Origin: Eledone cirrhosa
Taxonomy: Eukaryota
Direction: 5' to 3'
Assembly: GCA_964016885.1 (NCBI GenBank)
Contig: OZ024742.1
Coordinates: 77,748,001 to 77,812,000, forward strand
DNA: 64,000 nt
The translations under genes and the position numbers were made by a program. This document shows, piece by piece, positions 55,697 to 64,000 of this stretch. The first letter of the stretch is position 1. Each line of letters opens with the position of its first letter. The notes beneath the pieces were generated by a model, which saw nothing but the letters and a program-made list of their open reading frames with translations, did not search any database and was not told where the DNA came from.

Positions 55697-58600
55697 CTCA
55701 GTGCCAGCTTGCAAATGCACTACCCAAACAGCCGGGCAATTTTCCATGCACGTCCAGTAATATGCGTAACGCAAGCATGTACTGCGAGATGAACAAATAA
55801 TTATTAATACACAATACCAAATCGCTTTTCCTATGGTTAATCACGAAGCGCGTCCCTCAGGAAGGTGCCAACCTGAGATCGAAAAGTCCTCCTCTGGCAC
55901 AAACTCTTCTCCAATTATTGACCTGGATGGTCACTTGATCGGGGATTGCCCCAACTCGAGCCCTCCAGATCCACCACCCAAACCACCTGAAAAAGAAAAA
56001 CCTAAAAGGATGAAATGGACCCGAGAAGAGTATAAAGAAGTAATATATGCATATTACTATGCATTAGGTAAGCCTTCACAAGACAGACACATTTTAAAAT
56101 CCTACAAAATCTGGAAAACTCGGAATCAAGCTAGCAGAAGTGATATGGATGGAAATAAATTGTCAAATGTAAGGAGGTATATCTTCAGAAATAATAGATT
56201 CACAGACACTGAACTAACTGCGATCAAGCAGGCTCTGGAGAATGACATAAATATAAATGATGAAAGAACTGAAGAATCTCCTGGAGATAGTAACCAGTCA
56301 TAAGTCTTTTCTGAAAGACCTCCATCTGACCAAATCACAAATAGGTTTGTAGAATGAGAAGCCCTATTGAATACGCTGAAAATAGCCAGGAGAGGGACTT
56401 AGAAACAGTAATTGAAAACCAAACATCTGCTGAAGAACACAGGGAGACTATAAAGGAATTAAAGCAAAAAATACTGAATGAGCTTGCAGTAGTAAGACAT
56501 TCTAGTATAAATGATAGCGAACCACTTCAAAAACTCCCAAATACAATCCAAAATAGAAAACAAATAATGATTGGTAATTCTGTTACAAAAGAAATCATAG
56601 AAGAACTAGAACCTGATATTACTGAGTTAAATGAAATCATTTATGCATCTGCTAGAGTAATTGAAACATGTTGTTTACCACCAAAAAAAACAAAAAATGT
56701 CGAACCTTGGCGGTAAACCAATTTGGAAGAGTAGAATCGAAAAGTAGATTGTCGTAATGAGAGGAGAAATATCTTTATTGGGTGAGTTAACCACTGGAAA
56801 TTATATAAGATCCAAGAAGGTAAGAAAGCTAAGGAGAAAATATGGACTGTCTTTTAAAGAAGCAAAAGAATCTCTGAAACAAAAACAACAAGTAAAAGCC
56901 CAACGAATTCTTAGATTTGTGAAGCGAAACAACTTCTACAGACAAAATAAGTTGTTCTCATCCAATGCGAAGTCATTTTATAGAGAAGTAGGGAAGAAAA
57001 AAATAAATATTGAAGACACCCACCGTCCATAGAAGAAGTTGAAACTTCTGGAGTAAGATTTGGTGTGATGAGAAGACATATAATGATCGGATTAGTCACC
57101 TGGAAATATCCTACACAAATTTAGAAGAACAGGCGTGGGAAGACATCTCTATAGCGGACTTAAGAACAGCACTCAATAAATCTCATAAATGTTAATCTCC
57201 TGGTAGAAACAGGTTGCCAAATTTCTGGCTCACTCCCGTGCAACCACAATATATTGATCAAGCTGTTTAATGGAATTATGAAAGATCCAAATAATACACC
57301 TGATTGGCTAGCAAGTGGCATTACCTACCTTCTGCCAAAGAACAACGAAACCAAATTTCCAAAAAACTATCGGTCCATAACAAGCTTGTCCACCACTTAT
57401 AAACTATTAACCTCTATTCTCATGGAAAAAGCATACGTGTTTTTGGAGGAGAAAAATCTTTTCGCAATTGAAGAAAAAGGGTGCCGACGATGGTGGCAAC
57501 TTTTGGATCAACTTTTGTTTAATCGCATGATCCTTGAGAACTGTCATAATAAACACAGAAATCTCAGTTCTGCATGGATCGATTATAAAAAAGCCTTTGA
57601 CAGCATACCACACTCATGGATACTGAAATCACTGGACATCTTCAAAATCTCACCTGTTATCTCAAACTTCCTGAAACACAATATGTCATTATGGAACACA
57701 AATCTCCAATTGTCTCATTCCACTGGGGTACTGTGCTCTAGGAATATAAACATCAACTGTGGTATATTCCAGGGTGACTCACGTTCACCCTTGCTTTTCT
57801 GCATAGCTTTAATACCCCTTACATATGAACTTAATAGAACAGAGTATGGTTATAGAATTGACAACAACAAAATAAGCCATCTATTTTATATGGCTGATTT
57901 GAAGCTATATTGCAAAGATAATGACGGACTGGAAGGCATTTTGCGGACAGTAAAAACGTTTAGCGATGACATCAGGATGGAGTTTGGACTTGACAAGTGT
58001 GCAAAAGCCACTTTCAAGAAGGGGAAGGTTGTCAACCCAGACTCAGTTGAATTGGATGCTGAAACAATCATAAAGGAACTTGAGCAGTAACAAACCTATA
58101 AATACTTAGGGATTAATGAGGGTTCTGGCATACAGCATGCAAGTATGAAAGAGAGGATAAGGAAAGAATGTTACAAGAGAGTACGTGCAGTTATGAAAAC
58201 AGAACTAAACGCTCGTAACAAGGTGCTAGACATAAACTCCTTGGCAGTCCCAGTTATCACTTGTAGCTTCGGTGTGTTGAACTGGAATATGAATGAAATC
58301 AAAAGAATCGACACCAAATTCCGTAAGCTACTGACCTGTAATAGGATGCACCACCCAAAAGCAGATGTGTATCGTCTTTACCTTCCTAGAACTCAAGGAG
58401 AGCGTGGCTTGATCCAATTTGAACTTGTTTACAAGACCACCATCATTGGACTGGCCAAATACCTTGAAACAACTAACGACTGTATGCTGAAACTTGTTGA
58501 AACGCATAAGAGAAATAAGAAGCTTCATTCTATCTTGAAGGAGAGCAACAAATATGCTACTGATCTCATGCTTGTTACCCAGGCTGGACAGACTAAAGAA

Positions 58601-59640
58601 ACTGTTGCAACTGATGCTGCTAGACACATAAAATCACTGGCAAAAGCAAAAGGGCAAGGACAATTAGCATCAAATTGGGAGCAGAAACCTCTGCATGGCA
58701 AATATGTGGCCCGTAGCAAACAAGCTGATGTTGACCAAAAGCACACCCATCAGTGGCTACGTAGTTCAGGGCTAAAGGCGGAGAGTGAAGGCTTCATTTA
58801 GCTGCCCAAGATCAAAGCTTATTGACTCGTAATTACCAGGCCAATGAGATGAGAAATGGAATAAACCCAAAGTGCTGATTCTGCAATGCTGAGGTTGAAA
58901 CAGTGGATCACTTAGTCACAGGATGTAAAGTTTTAGCACCAGTAGAATACAAACATAGACATGACAGAGTTGGCCAATATCTACACTGGGTAATATGTCG
59001 GCATTACAAAATCAAAGGTGAAGACAAGTGGTATAATCATCACCCTGAGGCTGTAACTGAAGGAGAAAAAGTAACAATTCTCTGGGACTTTCCTGTACAT
59101 ACTGACAGGACCATAAAAGCAAATAGACCTGACATCACTATAAAAGATCAACATAACAAGGTCTGTTTGTTGATAGATATGAGCATCTCATGTGATCACA
59201 ATATCGCGGCAAAAGAATTTGACAAGCTACGAAAATATAAAGATTTGCTTATTGAAATTGAGAAAATGTGGCACCTCAAGGCCGTTAGAATACCAGTGAT
59301 TGTGGGAGGACTGGGAATGATCAAGAAAGGAACAGAACAATATTTGCGAATGATACCTGGTTTACCCTCTCTGCACGAGGTGCAGAACATTGTTTTGACT
59401 GGTACTGCACACGTATTGAGAAGAACACTATCTCTGTAAGATTGATATCCCTCCTTGTATTCACATTGCACATGTGTATATATCTATACTGTTTTTTTCT
59501 GTTTTTTTTTTTTTTTTATTATTATAATCAATGTGCTGTATTAACTGGCTAACCAATGCACACTGTGAATTTATTTGCCCTAGGTGTCAGGAAGACACTC
59601 CGCATATATCTCAGAAACAATAATGAAAGAAAATAAAAAT
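55697..59640 (+). mobile_element. Dong/R4-like element, near full length, disrupted
   Basis: N-terminal RMKWTREE motif, RT (NYRSIT, WIDYKKAFDSIPH, GIFQGDSRSP, HLFYMADLKL), CCHC remnant, RLE (NRPDI..LIDMS..DKLRKYKDL). Degenerate AAT repeats at both ends. Confidence 0.9.
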
Positions 59641-60399
59641 AATAATAATTGATTCTACTTTTGGCACAAGACCAGCAATTACCCAGTACATTACTGGTAC
59701 TTTATTTTATCGACCCCGTAAGGATGAAAGGCAAAGTCAACCTCGGCGGGATTTGATTTGAATAATAATAATAAGAATAAATTAGGGAAGAACACGCACA
59801 TGGTTGATAGTGTGTTATGGAATAGCTACGTTTGATTTTTTACATATTTAAAACAATTATGATAGAATAATTCTTACTACAAATGGGACATGAGACACCA
59901 GTCTTAACTCTCAGGAAGTGGCATTACATAACACTATGGCACAGGGCTCAAATATTAAATTTTGTATTAGAAGTTTCATAGTCAAAAAAGAAAATGGTTA
60001 TAAATGGTCACAAATGGAAGAAAACAACAGCAAAATAATTTAACCAGCAACACCACCACCGCCACCGCCACCGTCACCACCACCACTACCACAACAAATT
60101 TAGGTAGAGACAAACCAACAGCAGCAGCAATACCATCACTACAGTACTACTACCCCATCACCACCGTCACCACTCCATCATCGCTACCACCACTATTCCC
60201 TCACCCCCTCCTGTTAAGAGAGGGAAGGTAGTAGTGCCACTACATATGACTAGAAACGAGGAAGTCACCAAAAGATATAGATAGACTGATTTAGTGTCCC
60301 GGTCAAACAGCTAACATCAACAGCATAATAATTATTGAATTATTGTCGTTGTATCGCTAAACTCTCTCAAAATGTTTAGTTTAAACGATGTCAAATAAT

Positions 60400-60585
60400 T
60401 GTTTCTACTTTAGGCACAAGGCCAGCAATTACCCAGTGCATTACTGGTAATTTATTTTATCGACCCCGTAAGGATGAAAGGCAAAGTCAACCTCGGCGGG
60501 ATTTGAACTCAGATCGTAAAGGGACGTAACTATGCTGGAAAGCATGGCGTCCGACCTTCTACCGATATTGCCAATCCACCGCCCT
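60400..60585 (-). mobile_element. tRNA-derived SINE; partial copies at 59650-59760 and 60605-60735
   Basis: Minus strand starts GGCGGTGGATTGGC with an A-box-like TGGCAATATCGG and B box GAGTTCAAATCC; body ctttgcctttcatcc..ggggtcgataaaataa. Confidence 0.8.
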
Positions 60586-61039
60586 TAAACGATGTCAAAT
60601 AATAATTGTTTCTACTTTTGGCACAAGGCCAGCAATTATCCCAGTGCATTACTGTCAAATAATTGTTTCTACTTTAGGTACAAGGCCAGCAATTACCCCA
60701 GTGCATTACTGGTACTTTATTTTATCGACCCCCGGATGTCAAATAATAATAATAAATAATAATAATGATAAGCAACAAGTTGAAAAATTACACTACAGAA
60801 CACAGACAAAAACAAACGTAACAGCTAAAGAAAAACAAATTTCAAAAGTTTTAAAAGCAACACCGCCTACCTCCCTCGTGGCTATGAATACGAGCTTAAC
60901 AAAGCTAAAATCACAAACAGCAGCAGCAGCAACAACAACAATAGTGACCGATGTTACTGGCCTTGAAAAACAAAAACAAAAACTAAGTCAGACATTCAAA
61001 CAATACAATGAAACTTGTTTATTTTTTTATGTTTTTATT

Positions 61040-63879
61040 TATTTATGTTCGTCTACAGCGTGATGGTGCCACGCAAAATCACCGGTGGTTATGTAACCAT
61101 ACATTCATCAATCCTCGATATGAGTGTTTAAATGTCGAACCTAAACAGTTCGAATAACATTGGAAAGGAGACTGGAACGTCATGTTAGTACTCTCACCCA
61201 GCAAGTGCTCCCTGGCCCAGCAGCAGGGACCTCGCTGTCATCCAAATACTGCTGGTGTTGGAGGAAGAAGAAGGAATGGGACAAGAACCAACTGGACGAA
61301 AGAATTCAATAGAACTGTCATGAAATGTTACCTGAAGAGTAACCCCATGGAAAAAGGCTATAGGAAACGGATGCATAACATCTGGAACGAGATCGGTCTA
61401 TTTAAATTAGATGAACAAAAATTGGCCAGGCAGGCTCGGCTAATAAGAACTAATGGATGGATAAGCGAGTCGGAACTGGAGGAACTGAACAGAGAGATTA
61501 AGTTGGAAATGGAGAGTGGGGTATGTCAGGCAAACGAGCAAGTGAGAAATGAAAGTGAAGTCGTTAAGAGACCTGAGGAAGCATACGAAGCAGACAATGA
61601 TCTGAATACTGAAATAAATAACATCTGGAACAAAGATACGGCCATTGAGGAAATGAATGCTGACGGGCTACGACAAAATTTGGTTAATATCCTAAACATA
61701 GTGGTAGATGAAATGAACAATGATAGTGGAAAACCTAGAATTTGTAGATTGGAAAAAGTTAAAAGAAACAACAGCTAAGGTAAACAAAGTCATCCCATAC
61801 ATTGAGGCGAGGAACCTTCACCAAAGCAACAATATCCTCAAAGCAACCGCAAATGCGGCGATGAAATTACTTGGCATAAAAACGAGAGGAAACAACAAAC
61901 AAGAAATATCAGAACCTTGGTGGAAGAAACGACTGAATGGTCAAATCAAGGAAATGAGAAAAAAAAATAGAAAGCTTGAGTCCTTACTGAATGGGACATT
62001 ACAAAACATAGACACTAAAGATAGATTGGAAATAACATACAAAACTAGGGGGAAAAGCTAAATATTATCATAGAGGAACTGAAGCAACGCATTTTAGCAA
62101 AAAGTGAGAAGATTAGGCGGTATGAGAAAAGAGTCAGTCAGTATAGACAGAACCGCATGTTTCACAACAGCCAGAAGATGTTGTTTGGACAGTTTGAAGG
62201 GAAAGAAAGAGGCAACGACGTGATCCCTGAGGCGGAACAAACTAAGACATTCTGGAGAGGAATATGGGAGCAGGATGTTGAACATAATAGTCAGGCAGTG
62301 TCGATTGAGACAGTTCAAAAGGAAATTAGTAAAGAGTCACACCAACAAACTGATTTGAGTATCACAGTTGAAACTCTTAAAGGGCATGCCATAAAATTAA
62401 CCAACAGGAAATCACCAGGTCCAGATGGTGTGCAAGGGTTTTGGATTAAAAACATAACATCCCTCTACCCGAAACTGACAACCATGTTCAATGATTGCTT
62501 GAGTAGTTGACAAAAGGTACCACAGTTCTGGTAATGAAACACCGAATCAAGGGTAATGATGTTACCACCTCTCGGCCCATCACATATCTGTCCTTAACTG
62601 TTAACAAGCATTGTGTCTGAGGAAATCTACCATCACCTCCACATAAACAACTTGCTACCGGACGACCGGAAAGGATGCGGAAAGAAGTCCCGTGGTACAA
62701 AAGACCAGTTACTTATTGATAAGATGGTAATGAGGAATTGCAAGATGAGGCGCACTGGTCTTGCTATGGGATGGATAGATTACAAAAAGGCATTCGTCAT
62801 GGTACCTCATTCTTGGATAATCAAAAGCCTAGAGATATTCAAGGTGGCAGATAACATCAGGCAGTTGTTGGGCAAAAGTATGAAGTCCTGGGAAACAGAG
62901 TTAACATCGGGTGGAGAAACTTTGGGAGGCGTGAAAAAGAGTGGTATCTTCCAGGGAGATAGTTTGTCTCCTCTGTTGTTTGTCCTTGCCTGATACCCCT
63001 GACCCTTATATTGCGAAATATGAGAGCAGGATGCAAGTTTGGAAAAGGGGAGCTTACCATCAACCACCTCCTCTTCATTGACGATATTAAACTCTTTGGG
63101 AAGAGTGAGAAGGAGCTAGATGTACTTGTTGACACTGTCCGTATTTTCAGCAATGATATATGTATGGAATTTGGTATTAATAAGTGTGGTGTCCAAGTGA
63201 TGAAGAGGGGTAAATTGAGCAGAAGCAACGGAATCCAGGTACCAACAGGTGAGATGATAAAGAAAATTGACACTGAGGAGGGATACAAATATTTAGGTGT
63301 TTGTTCTGGAGGCAGATGACATCAAGAACAAAAAAATGTAGGAATTGATAAAATCTGAGTACATAAGGGGAGTAAGGAGCGTATTAAAATCACATCTAAA
63401 TAGTAGGAATGTCATAAGTGCAGTAAATTCCAGAGCTGTGTCTATTATTAGGTACAGTGCGGGAATTCTGAATTGGAATGTTGCAGAACAAAAAGAAATG
63501 GATAGGAAGACTAGGAAGCTATTGACTATCTACAACATGTTCCACAAGAGGAGTGATGTTGATAGTTAAAGAGATCTGAAGGTGGAAGATGTGTTATCAG
63601 CATAGAGGACTGTGTTCAGATGGAGAAAAACAACCTACACAAATACGTGACTAACAGTAGGGAGCCAATACTCAGAATTGTCAGAAAGAGTTTCCAAGGA
63701 TGGTTAAAGAAAATTAGTCCAGCCCCGCTTTTTGGAACACTTCAAAAGGCATGCTTGCTGGGAACAGTAAGAATCCTCCGATATGTCCTAAATATCTGAG
63801 GCTGCAGGTAGTGGCTTGATATTCATTTCAACGAACTTTCCAGTTAAATAACATCAATGACTAAAACTCAAAGAACAAC

Positions 63880-63880
<1 letters not shown>
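61040..63880 (+). mobile_element. Dong/R4-like element, disrupted, CCHC/RLE region deleted
   Basis: RTNWTKEFN, EPWWKKRL, KSPGPDGVQGFW, WIDYKKAF, GIFQGDSLSP, HLLFIDD. It jumps near 63690 to the C-terminus and 3' UTR seen at 3176-3370. (AAT)n tail at 63880-63935. Confidence 0.88.
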
Positions 63881-63916
<36 letters not shown>

Positions 63917-64000
63917 GTAATAATAACAATAATAATATTTTCAACGTCCCATATCTTTAATCAATAATGCAATTTACAAGAAAATGTTTAATATTGCAGC

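Noticed and set aside
59650-60735. Recurring ggcacaaggccagcaattacccagt units as a CRISPR-like array, and the SINE head as a tRNA gene
   Set aside because: Irregular partial SINE copies with no unique spacers or cas genes; the head does not form a full cloverleaf.

Overview
AT-rich eukaryotic DNA, most likely from a cephalopod such as Octopus (inferred from the very long (TA)n tracts and an octopus-type tRNA-derived SINE). I can support no host protein-coding gene. The window is almost entirely decayed retroelements in microsatellites: one Tx1/L1 LINE, a near full-length HERO-like restriction-like-endonuclease (RLE) element, four Dong/R4-like elements bounded by (AAT)n, CR1, CRE and RTE fragments, and SINEs. 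From about 9.5 to 46 kb there is a dense cluster of Penelope-like elements (PLEs): three Naiad-type, one Neptune-type, two Poseidon-like fragments and many non-coding pLTR-only copies, often forming large inverted repeats. Reading these by hand shows about ten unrelated minimal type I hammerhead ribozymes (HHR), including U3-A8 and U4C core variants. It also shows a second, covarying bulged hairpin (RYYC-stem-loop-stem-YY-GRRY) about 40-95 nt 3' of the ribozyme. One terminus of the element repeatedly joins the (TA)n target 1-7 nt upstream of this hairpin, making it a candidate reverse-transcription initiation signal shared across PLE clades. Coordinates were read manually and may be off by a few bases.
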